Positions 53,150 through 64,000 of a stretch of 64,000 nucleotides of DNA are shown here, piece by piece. The position numbers and the translations under genes were made by a program. Below the pieces are notes generated by a model. That model was not told the DNA's origin, did no database searches, and was given only the letters and a program-made list of their open reading frames with translations. The stretch lies in NCBI GenBank assembly GCA_024137785.1, contig JAHRHZ010000051.1:12921427-12985426 (forward strand). The letters run 5' to 3'. Position 1 is the stretch's first letter, and each line of letters starts with the position of its first letter. The DNA comes from Ginglymostoma cirratum (taxonomy: Eukaryota).

Positions 53150-53458
53150 TCAAGACAATAGACTCTCTATAGTGTGGAACCAAGCCATCTGTCCCATCAA
53201 ATTCCTCCAACGAGCATTCCATCAGAACCCTGTAACTCTGCCTTTCCCATACCTAATCCACCTAACCTGCATACCCTGAGTACTTTGGGTAATTTAAATT
53301 GGCCAATTCACCTAATCTGCACATGTTTGGACTGTGGGAGGAAACCTACATAGACACAAGGAGAATGTGCAAATTCCACAGAGACAGGCACCAAGGATGG
53401 AATTGAACCCCGGTCCCTGGTGCTGTAAGGCAGCAGTGCTAACCACCAAGCCACCGTA
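53150..53458 (-). mobile_element. HE1-like V-SINE
   Basis: Minus strand: A-box tggcttggtgg, B-box ggttcaattcc, V-domain-like tttgcacattctccttgtgtct...cccacagtccaaacatgtgcagattaggtgaattggcc, CR1-derived tail. Confidence 0.85.
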
Positions 53459-54424
53459 GGAGAGGAGCATGTTGTACCAAAAGACTCGTGTGTCGCAAGG
53501 GAGTTGAAGGAATATATGATAACTCAGGCATTTCCCAATAATGCAAGTAAAGATATTTTCCTTGGTACTTACATCTCCGGTGATTCAAGAACCAAGAATC
53601 TATTCATAGCATGTCCTGCTAAACAGCAGAGTGCTCAACACAGTCCACTACCCTTGTGTGCAGTAACAATGGGAAATCATTTTCCAAGTTGAAACATCAA
53701 AGGAAGATGTAGCAGCTTTACCGGAGCCTCTAGCAGTCTCACCACCCCACACAGCCCACAGCAGCCCCTAAGGCAGCTTGGTAACTCTTGCAAAGACCTG
53801 ACTTACAGGTTTGAGCAAAATCTGAATTTTAATCTTCAAGGTCTTCAGCAGGGGGCAGTACCAGGAGGCTTACAGGAACAGTAGCTAACATAAGTGAGGT
53901 TGTGTTTATTGAATGGTGGGACATGTCTGACCTGGGCCTTCAAGATTCATGTAGGTGATGAGTGCAAGATGACCACATCACCACAAAACATAGAGAGCCT
54001 GCAGCAAATACTTTCCAGAATTTGTTGTATGTTGACTTTGCCTTTAAGAGAATTCACCTTCCATGACTCAGTATGTATACAATGTTGTGACACTGCCTGG
54101 CAGTTAGTCTGCTATGAGTCTGCAACCTACAAACAAGCAGAAATCCAGTTGGTTGCTGTAATGTCTTTTTCATAACTTATAAGGTGATTTAGTTCAATAA
54201 ATAAGTAAACTAACCCATTGAGTTAATCAATCCTTGATGAGCAATTGATTACTAGATCATTGTCATTAACATAATAGAATTGAGCCACAAACCTGCAGTC
54301 AACTCTCGATTTTCTGACGTTGACTTCAGGTGGCTAGATGCAGAACCAAGAGAGGTAATAGTACGGACACCAGCAGAATGTGAATAAGTCACAGGTCATG
54401 TGAAATTCACAATAAAGATTCACA

Positions 54425-55600
54425 ATAACGAAAGCCAGAAAATGCTGGATATACTTGGCAGATCAGGCAGCATCAGTGGAGAGAGAAACAAAGGACTGGC
54501 TAGTACACTGGGCTGGCGAGGCAAGGTGTTCCCTGCACTGCAGCAAACATTTCAGAGCCAAGCATACCTCTGTTTAGCCAGCTTGCTCCACTTACATTTT
54601 TCCAGGCTCCACAAATATCCCTATCATTAATAATCTAGTTCATCTATGTAGAAGACATGGCTGTAGTGTTTACAAATGTTTCCAGTCAGACATGTCAGGT
54701 GGTTAATAGAACAAAGAGAGAAGGCCTGTGATTGGGTGAAAGGCACGAAAGACTAAAGGGCAAAAGGGAGAATAGTGCAGGACAAAAGGATATGGTCCTG
54801 GGGCAGCATCTAAAAGAGGTAAAGATGGCAACAGCAGAATTACTACAGACAACTCCTGTCTGAAACAAAAAGAAACGAAAGATGACACGAGATATGCCCG
54901 GAAATTATTGAACTTAGCAGTGAGTCCAGAAGGTTATAGAGGGCCTAATTGAAAGGTGAAATTTGGTTCCTTGAATTCCCAGTAAATTTTATTGGAATTT
55001 TGGAGGAGGCTGAGGACAGAGAGCTCAGAGTGTGGAAACGACAGAGTATTAGAAGGATAAGCAAGGAGAAGTGGAAATTACACTCACAGACAAAGTATTT
55101 GCAACCTGGGAGAGTGGGATAGGAGGAGGTTAAAGGACTTGTGTTGCATCTCGAGTGCTGGAATGGCCAGATCGAGTAGGAAGGGGATGGTTTTTTGGTG
55201 GTGGTTGAAGAATTGACAGCAGTATTACAGAGACAACAGTCCCTTTGTAATGTTGAAATTGAAAGCGAGGGGATGTTTCAAGTGATGTTACTCTGAAGAT
55301 GGCAGAGGACGGTCCACTGAACATGGATGTTAGAAATATTTCTGAGAGGGAGGGGTAATAGTGACAGTAGAAGTGTGGGAAATTAATACTATGGAGGGCC
55401 TTGTCAACCACAACTATGGGGGAGGGGCAGGCGGGTTCCCCAAAGCAAAAAAAGGGTGGCATTCATGAAGTGCTGGCTTGAGGGTTGTGGCATCAGAACA
55501 GATGATAGTGGTGCAGAAACTGAGAGTATGGAATGGTGCCCCAACACGAAGAGGGATGTGAGGATGCATTGGTAGCCTTTGCCACAGAAACAATAAGTCA
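54425..55600 (-). mobile_element. Decayed Penelope-like element (family B) 3' part
   Basis: Terminus agaaaatgctggatatacttggcagatcaggcagcatc (54438-54475). Minus-strand KEPNFTFQLGPL*PSGLTAKFNNF (~54902-54972) resembles the PLE C-terminus E.HLIFRLGTL.P.GLN.EFNNF. Confidence 0.65.
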
Positions 55601-56450
55601 CATCCAGGCAATGGAACTGACAAATCCAATCTATAAGTCATCTTTACTCTGTATGAGTTAAATCACATAAAACTGTAACCAGAAACTCACCATTTTACCC
55701 TAGATATGGTGCCTGTAAGATTGTGATAACCATATTGGACAAAAAAGCATAGGAGCAATTTTAAAGTTTGCATTAGCAATGTAGAGTTCTGCCAGTCAGC
55801 AGTATAATTCAGAAGTTCAGATTTGAATCATTTACTATTTTGCAAAACTTTTGCTATAAACTCACAGCAAAATTCACCTGAATTTCAGATGCATGTCTTG
55901 CCACCAGCAGCAGAGTCGTTAAATTATTCCAGTAATATCCAAGGCATAATAGGTAGAATCAGAACCATGAAAGTAATGAATAAAGACAAGAAGCTTTTGA
56001 AGAGGCTTAAATGATTAACAGAGCCAAAATCAACAAGTAGGTCCAAGAAGATGAGAATGACAACAAATCATGGTAGTTGTCACTCAGTAAATGAAGCATC
56101 CTTAATCGCTTTCAATGCAGGCTAATCTCAATAATAGTGACATTAATATTCAGTTTGACCCTACGCTATTGTTCAAGCTCACATCCTATCCATCATTGAT
56201 GGATATTTCATCTCAGCAACATCAGTCAGATTTCAACATCATGGTTGCTGAAACCAATTTCTAGTTGTATTGTCAGCTTCAAGCTTAACTTTTCCAGTGT
56301 TCTTTCCATCTATCTCCTAAACTTCATTCTATGTAGAGTCCAACCCATCAGATAGTCTTCATCATCCCCAAATTCTATCTCACATTAAATCCTTCTGACG
56401 TTCAATAGCTCCTTAGCACACATGCCAAAATAATTCAGGAATGCCAAAAG

Positions 56451-57900
56451 ACAGGTAAGGCAGATGAACTCAGGGCATGGATGGGAACACGGATCTGGGA
56501 TATCATAGCTATTACAGAAACATGGCTGAGGGAGGGACAGGACTGGCAGCTCAATGTTCCATGGTACAGCTGCTATATCACAGCAGTACTTGGAGAGGAT
56601 ATTTCGGAAGGATCAGTCAGAGAAACTAAATGGTAGAAATTAGAAATAAAAAAGGGATGATCGCATTGATGAGATTGTACTATAAGTCCCCCAATAGTCA
56701 GAGGGATATCAAGGAGCAAATATGTAGGGCAATCACAGAAAGCTGTAAGAATAATAGGGTTGTAATAGTAGGGGATTTTACCTTCCCAGGCATACATAGA
56801 TTGGAACTGCCATAGTGTTAAGGGCTTGGATAGAGAGGAATTTGTTAAGCGTGTTCAGGAAAATGTTTTTAATCAATATGTAGATGACCTTAATAAGGAA
56901 GGGGCAAAACTCGACCTCCTCTTGGAAAATAAGGCAGGATAAGTGACTGAGGTATCAGTCAGGTAGCCCTTTGGGACCAGTGACCATAATTCTATTAGCT
57001 TTAAAATAGTTATGGAAAAGGATAGGTCCAGTCCACAAGTTAAATTTCTAAATTGGAGCAAAGCTGATTTTAATGGTATTAGACAAGAACTTTCAAAAAT
57101 TGACTGGGGGAGGTTGTTCACAGGTAAAGGAATATCTGGCAAGTAGAATGTTTTCAAAAACAAGATGAGAGTTCAGGACCAGCTTGTTCCTGTTAGTGTG
57201 AAAGGCAAGGCTGGCAAGAGTAGGGAACACTGGATGACGCTCAATATTGAGGCTCTAATCAAGAAAAAGAAGGGGACGTATGTCAGTTTTATGCAGCTGG
57301 GATCAATTGAATCCCACGAGGAGTATAAGGATGTAAGAATACACTTAGGGGGATCTCAGGATGGCAAAAATGAGATAGCTTTGGTAGATAAGGTAAAGGA
57401 GAATCCAAAGAGATTCTACAAAGGCCTTAAGGGCTAAAGAGTAACTAAGGAGAGAACTGGGACCCTTAAAGAACAACAATAATGTGTGGAGCCACAGGAT
57501 ATAGGTGAGATCCCAAACAAATATTTTTTGTCAGTATTTACCGTGGAGAAAAACATGGAAGCTAAGAAGGAACTTGGGGAAATAAACGGTGATGTCTTAA
57601 AAAGAGTCCACATTACAGTAAAGGAGGCTCTGGAGTTCTTAAAATGCATAAATATAGATAAATCCCCTTGAACTGATCAAGTGTATCCCAGGACGTTATG
57701 GGAAGTGAGGGAGGAAATCGCAGGAACCCAGCGGAGAAATTTGAATCATTGACAGTCATGAGTAAGGTGCCGGAAGACTGGAGAATGGCTGATGTTGTGC
57801 CATTACTTAAGAAAAGCTGCAAGGAAAAGCCAGGGAACTATAGACCGGTGAGCCTAATGTCAGTGGTGGGTGAGCTGTTGGAGGGAATTCTGAGAGACAG
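56451..57900 (+). mobile_element. CR1 LINE ORF2: APE endonuclease and RT N-terminus, frameshifted
   Basis: DIIAITETWLREGQDWQLNVP; LYYKSPNS...VVIVGDFTFP; LDLLL; SDHNSISFKI; VPEDWRMADVVPLLKKSCKEKPGNYRPVSLMSVVGELLEGILRD. Confidence 0.95.
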
Positions 57901-57904
57901 CTTA

Positions 57905-58330
57905 CACAGATGGCCACTGTCCTGTTGCATTTGTGGGCACATGGCTGAGAGATTGCACACAGATAACCCATCACTCCCTGGACGGAGCCAGTCACACAGA
58001 GGTAGAACACCTCAGTGACTTTCACAACCTCAGGAAAAGGATAGCCTCCCACTCCTGCAGCTCTCAATCCTGCTCCAGCATTAGGCACAGTTCCATTGCA
58101 GTGTCCCAGAACATATGAAGCCTGCATTAACATTGTGCTTTGCTTATCCACAGGAAATGGAGTTGGAACCAGAAAACACAGGGCATCCTGAGGTTGGGAC
58201 CTCTCCCTGAGCTGGGTGCTCCTGGTCTTCCATGCTCGCCTAGTGCTAAACCTGGGCCTGCAGATGGCGGTTGTTCTCCTGCAGTGGGATTCATCACTCT
58301 TGGTAGAATTATTTCTGATAAATTCAACAC
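57905..58330 (-). mobile_element. Harbinger (HARBI1-like) transposase N-terminal remnant
   Basis: GGYPFPEVVKVTEVFYLCVTGSVQGVMGYLCAISQPCAHKCNRTVA resembles the Harbinger HTH segment (..KV..AL.FYATGSFQ...GD.CGISQ..AH.CI..V). Confidence 0.65.
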
Positions 58331-58489
58331 TATGAAGATACCCAAGTTCAATGTGCAAGCCCCAGTGGCAGTTCACAAATTAGCTCTGACTTGCTTCTGA
58401 CCCATAAAGACCCTCAGTGTGCATGGGTAGCAAATAGGCAATGAAATGATTATAAATTTAATATAGTTGGGCATTGCAAATGGCTGCCT

Positions 58490-58625
58490 CATGTTTTTGC
58501 TGTTACCATGTACCTGCATCCAACAAATCTTTCACCTAGAGCCAAAGAGAAGTTATGGCTGGAAATGCTGCTCACAGTAAGCAAAATCAGCACCAAGGCC
58601 TGCCTGGTCACCCGGTGCCCCTCCT
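58490..58625 (+). mobile_element. Possible Myb/SANT-like remnant of the Harbinger second gene
   Basis: RAKEKLWLEMLLTVSKISTKACLVTRC, resembling the trihelix W.E.A..VS..S...R...QC pattern, divergent from the transposase remnant. Confidence 0.4.
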
Positions 58626-60699
58626 GAGCCTCCATGTTTCCTTTTATCTCACACTCCCCTGACTGCCCATATCTCCCAAATGTGGAGACCCATAACATTG
58701 AACTTTGCCTACAACTGTCTTCCCTGACCTGAATCCTGGCATTACATGTCAAAAATGCTCATATTGCACTTCTATGTCCCCCTGAGGAAGAAACAGTTGC
58801 AATCACTGCCAATAACCCACCCCCCCCACCCCAGCTCACCACTACTGTGGCCTACCACACCCTCCAATGTTGTTTCTATTTACCTTGAGCTTCCCCTTGT
58901 TACCACACTACTCCCCACATTGACAAATGCTTCTGCTTTCCCTCACCCCGCCCCTTTGGTCATTGATCCCACTCACCCCCATCACCCTCACAGGTGCCCC
59001 ACCCAAACTCTCCTGAAAGATTGATGGATGGACACCCAGGTCCCTATTCATCACAGAATACTGGCTGACTTTGATGAGCAGCCTCTAGGCATGACCAAGC
59101 AGACCCCTGACCACTGTGTTTTGCAATTCCCCTGACAACATGCTATTACCCTGACTGCTTGTGCTTGCTGTACAGGACCAACTGCTGAAAATTCACCGGA
59201 TTATACTGGCTCAGACTCCCTGACTGTGAGCGTCCCAAGCTGATGATTGATTGAGTCAAAGCCCCTCTGTGTGGACTGTGGTTGTGACTGACAGTACATC
59301 CCCTGACTGATAGAGAACCGCTTTTGACTGGATTGAGAACAATCTCGCAGGAAATTTTTGACTTGGCAATTTGGTCGAATAAACATACAGTGTTTTTGCA
59401 ACACAGGCAGCTGACACATCTGTAGGTGTTAGACAGACATTTTAGTGACCCATTCACCAAGACACTTCCCATACCAAAACCCCTCCCCACCATTGTTCAC
59501 TGGACAGATCCCCACTGACTAGCAACCTGACTGTGCAAAACAACACTTTAAAATAGTAAAAATGACCTCCTTTGCCTCTGACTGAAGAACCAAGGTGCTA
59601 ACAGCATGGAATGCTGAGACATGGCAAGGTATGGATATTGGTAGATAGGCATTATGTTAGCAAATGCGGAGGGAAAAAGCAAACGTTACTGAGATGCAGC
59701 CTAGTCCATCACATGAGCTGGATGCCCGTCCCTGTATCCAAAGTATCCCTATTGCCAACACATCCTACAACGTAAGTCTTTGCTTCCCAAGCAGCCTGCT
59801 GTTGTATCAGAGAGGTACCATGAAGGCCATGATAGCATGGTAGATGCTGGATGTCAATCTCCATGGCTGCCCACAGCATATACCTTGAAATATTGTTGCC
59901 CAGTGCCCAGCATAGAGGTCGGTTGGAGCAAGCGGTGAGCTGAATCTTCCAGGAACGTGCTGTGGTTTCCTTGTCAAGTTTTCCCATTGTTGCAACTTGC
60001 TTGGCAAGTTTTGGTAAGGTGGGAGACTGAATATTAAAGAGATGAGTTGTGCTATACGCAAGGTGTTTAACAATCAGTAGTAACCATCAGTTCGCAACTC
60101 GACACTGTCTAGTGAGAATCTCAACATGCCGTTTCTGAAAAGCATAAAAGATTGCTGTTGACATCGAAATGGGCATCACCACACTTTTCACTTAATTCAG
60201 CCACACATCCCACCATTCCCCCCATTACTCCAATCTCTTCCTGTGCTCCATCTCCAAACTTTGCCCCCTCTTCTGAGTCCAGAACTCATCTGCTCCCATC
60301 TGTTTTCTTTCTTTGTCTTTTCTTCTGTTTGCTTTTCCTCTTTTTCTTTCTTTTTACATTTGTTTCCTTTTCTTCAAAGCCTGGACTCACAGGTTGAGCT
60401 GAGGCTCCAGGCCCACAACTAGGCTTGGGTACCTGAAGGAGCAGAGGAATTGGTGAAAGGGATGGTGGAGGACCCCAATGACTGATGGCCTGCGGCAGCT
60501 TCTGGGGGACAGTCAGGTGGAGAACAGGAGGTATGTGAAACCCATGCCTCCTCAGGCCCATGGCCCCAGCTCAGGTATGGAAATCACGGGAATGACAGCA
60601 ACAGATAACCGAGACCCCAGAGACAGTTTCAGAGACCCTGGAGCCCACTTCAGAGATTGCAGCCAATGTCCAAGGAGGAACTGGAGGAACAACAGAGGA

Positions 60700-62300
60700 G
60701 GAACAAGAAGAGAGAAAGATGAACTCTGTTATAGTAAAATATCGCATTATATTCAGTGTTTCAAGACGATACACGCAAAAAACACTTCTCGCTGTATTTT
60801 CATATAAATCTAAATCTAAATCTGTCTGCAGATTCTGGTAAAAGCTATGTTCCACAAGAGAACATGGGACTAAAATGTGCAAGAAATCTAAGTGCCTGAA
60901 AAAGCCGAAATGCAACACAATGCTCCACAGCAGTATGTTAACAGCCAACAAGGGAACAATGTCAAAGGCATTTCCAAACTTCAAACCCTGGCATACAAAT
61001 ATGTCAACAAAGTTCAAAAGGTAACTGCAATGTCATACAGTGTGCGAGCCCCAGACAATCAGTACATGTATTCAATTTGACAACAACATGGACATCGTCA
61101 GAAAAGCTGATGCTTTTACCATCATTCAAGTGATAAACCTGGAAAGGAATGAGAAACATGCACCAGATGCCAGGATTGACACTGGTACAAGTGCAAATAT
61201 CACCCCCTTTGCATACTCAGTAATGCACTTTGGAAACAGGCACAATGTTGTACAGTCCACACATAACAAATTAATTGCTTACCAAGATTCTGACATCCAG
61301 TACATTAACATTACCCACCTTAAATATCAATATGGCTTCTTGACTTGGACATCTGAAATGGTTTCCATTGTTGATATAGCAGGACTTTCTATCAGTGGTT
61401 TACCAGCATGCACAGACCCATGCTATTATAGTCAATGAGGAAAAGAACACATAAATTCCAACACCACAGGTTTCTGACCACAACATTGAGTTCATCTATT
61501 ATCTATTCAGAAACGCGTCATTTCTGAAGAAGGGTCCAGACCCGAAGCGTCAGCTTTCCTGCTCCTCTGATGCTGCTTGGCCTGCTGTGTTCATCCAGCT
61601 CTACACCTTGTTATCTCAGATTCTCCAGCATCAGCAGTTCCTACTATCTCTGAAACTAGATGTGCAGTTGGTTAGTTCCAATGCTGTCGGCCAACTTCTA
61701 AGTCCTGCTAAATAACAAAGGGATTCCTCCAGACCCACACGTGGATATTGTCATATACAAATTAATTGATAGTTTCAACATCAATGTCATCTCATTGGCT
61801 TTGTTCACACCCAAGCAGAGCTGAGTAATGAGCTATGTCTCATGAGGTCCAACTGCAACAGCTCAAGAAGGTAATTATCAGTAGGTGGGCTGAACACATT
61901 CAGCAGGTAGCCCCTGAGCAAACATATTCTTTCTGGTCATTCACAGATTAACTAGGACTGTCGAGGGATGTAATTTTCAAAGGCAAACAAGTGGTCATTT
62001 CACAAGGTCGACAGTGAAATATGCTTGATCATTTGCCCGTTGGTCATATAGGGAAAGACAAAAAGCCAAGACATTGGCACATAATTCCAACTATTAGCCC
62101 AACATCATTAAGGACATTGATGCAGTCACGCAAAACATGTCATTCTATCAAATTCAACAGCTGAAAGAATCTTTCAGCCCACACAAAATTCTTTCTGAGC
62201 TATGGCGCAAGATTGCCACTGATATTTTCTGTGTCAAAAGATACAATTAAATTCTGGTGAAAGACTATTCCACTAAATTCCCTTTTGTGAGACAAATCAA
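60700..62300 (+). mobile_element. Gypsy/Ty3 LTR retrotransposon internal remnant
   Basis: Protease motif RIDTGTSANI (~61170-61200); integrase-like GHIGKD...PNIIKDID and LWRKIATDIF...ILVKDYSTKFPFVR (~62040-62295); many stops and frameshifts. Confidence 0.75.
61521..61656 (+). mobile_element. PLE family A mini-insertion nested in the Gypsy remnant
   Basis: tttctgaagaagggtccagacccgaagcgtcagc...ccttgttatctcagattctccagcatcagcagttcctactatctc. Confidence 0.9.
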
Positions 62301-62894
62301 ATGTAGTGCACTCTTCCAGGACATGTACAGGGAGTGGCATACTCAACACATTCCCTCCTTTCCTCACAATCCTCAAATGCTCTCTTGGAATGCACTATCT
62401 ATATGGTAAATTCCAAATGATCATTGAACGTAAAGCTACCAGCCAAGATTTTCAGATATCCATGAAATATCTTCATGCTATTGTCTAGGCAATGGTTTAC
62501 CCTCACCATCAGCTCTCATGTTTGGAAGAAGGATCCACACTGTTTTTACCTCACACACTGTTACCACCCAGCTACAGATACACAATGCATTATTGAAAAA
62601 ATGGGAGAAAATGATGCAACAACACGAACAATGAGCAGTCATTCCAAATTGAATTTGGACGAAGCATCAGAGTGCGACATTTTTATGCTCGTTCCCTCTC
62701 AGGAATATATCCCAGTTCTTTGGTTTTGCTCCATGACATCTTTGTCATTTAATCCCTCCCACCCTCTAAGCTATACCTGGCCTTCCCTTTTGTTCTACCT
62801 CACCCACTCTACCTTTTACAACAGCAAATTAAAACACTACTAACTCTTCAGTTTAGAAGTATTATACTAGAGTTGAAACATTGACATTGTTTCT

Positions 62895-63088
62895 CTTTCT
62901 ATAGCTGCTGTTTCGTTAACGCGAATTGGCTGTAACACGATTGATGAATAGTGGATGCTGTTTGGGTAACGCAAACTTTCTATTGTACAGGTATAGCGAC
63001 TTTCTTTGGCGATCTCTCGATAATGCGATTTTCTATAGTGCAAGGTCATACGAGAACACAACTGTTGCATTATAGGAGAACTACCTGT
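62895..63088. mobile_element. Tigger/pogo-like MITE
   Basis: aacgcgaattggctgtaacacgattgatgaat...gcattataggagaactacctg; homologous to 12763-12977. Confidence 0.55.
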
Positions 63089-63214
63089 GCTGAGTTTCTG
63101 TGGAAGTTTCTGTTCATTGTTACATCACCTCGTGCTTGATCTATATGGCACCTCGATTCCATTTTCCCATCATATTATTATTCCTGAAAAGGACAGATTT
63201 GTAACAATAAAGGG

Positions 63215-63320
63215 AAAGGCTAGTGGAGAGCGACTAAATTAGATAGCTCTTTCAAAGATGTGGCACAGCAATGATGGACCATATAGACATTTCCTGTGCT
63301 GTAAGATTTTATAATTCTGG
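63215..63320 (+). mobile_element. CR1 extreme 3' end
   Basis: gatagctctttcaaaga...gcaatgatggacc...ttcctgtgctgtaagattttataattct. Confidence 0.55.
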
Positions 63321-64000
63321 ACACTGACAATTCCTGAGTTTAAATTTCGAAGAAATTGCTATATTTAAACACCCTGCTTATCCTACGTCATTATGTAATA
63401 CTTATGGGGAAGTGCTGATACCAACATACATTAACACTGGTATAATGCATAATTTACTAATTCATTTCCTTTAATATCTTTTGAAATTTTATTACTTTTG
63501 AAACACACCAAATATTTCACTCCATTCCTCAGTGGACTCTTGAGTGAAATCTGGGCATTAAATGAACGTGGAAATGTCAAATCCATTGTAAATCCTTTTG
63601 GTCTAAACACTGTTGCAGACAGTTCAAATCAGAACCAAAATTGTTTAATTTTGTTCTTCCAATAATAAAAGAACTTATCAGATTAACTTTATTGTCCAAA
63701 TGGGTTGAAGGAACAAGTGTAGTGCTAACTTCATAATGCAGTCTAAGAAAATTAAATCGGCTTACATACTTTGCTAATATGATCAAATATGGAGCATTTC
63801 AGCTTTATTCACCATTATTCAAAGCTTGCTGCATTGCTGCAATGGAATTCCAACATTAGTGATCATTATTATATCCTAAGCATGAAGACCATAAACCTTT
63901 ACATGTATTCAGTCAATAATTACTTTGAATTTAATAACTGGCAATCTGTTTTACCGATTTTCCAAGCCAATATAACCTTAAGAAGGCTTTCATTTATGGT

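Noticed and set aside
53385-53458. tRNA-like A/B boxes (also 33432-33520, 14950-15010)
   Set aside because: These are SINE heads continuous with SINE bodies; no complete cloverleaf.

Overview
Vertebrate genomic DNA, almost certainly from a shark (an elasmobranch, inferred from the HE1-like V-SINE, Deu-domain SINE, CR1 and Penelope repeat complement). The window is repeat-rich and holds one protein-coding gene: LRATD2/FAM84B (CDS 30547-31443, + strand, 298 aa, single coding exon) in a CpG island, with a ~1.75 kb 3' UTR ending near AATAAA at 33183. The rest is decayed transposable elements (CR1 LINEs, several SINE families, Penelope-like elements [PLEs], a Gypsy remnant, probable solo LTRs, Harbinger remnants, MITEs) and two 400-N gaps. 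The main observations are: (i) three distinct PLE families each carry a minimal type-I hammerhead-ribozyme core near their 3' end, and one family spreads as ~95-250 bp TSD-flanked, often palindromic mini-insertions whose 5' ends or fold-back points sit at the ribozyme core; (ii) a polarised ~41-bp tandem array appears to have grown out of the LRATD2 stop-codon region and places many GGACT (m6A DRACH) motifs just after the stop; (iii) a consensus minus-strand splice donor suggests a divergent antisense transcript from the LRATD2 promoter. Repeat boundaries were read by eye and are approximate.
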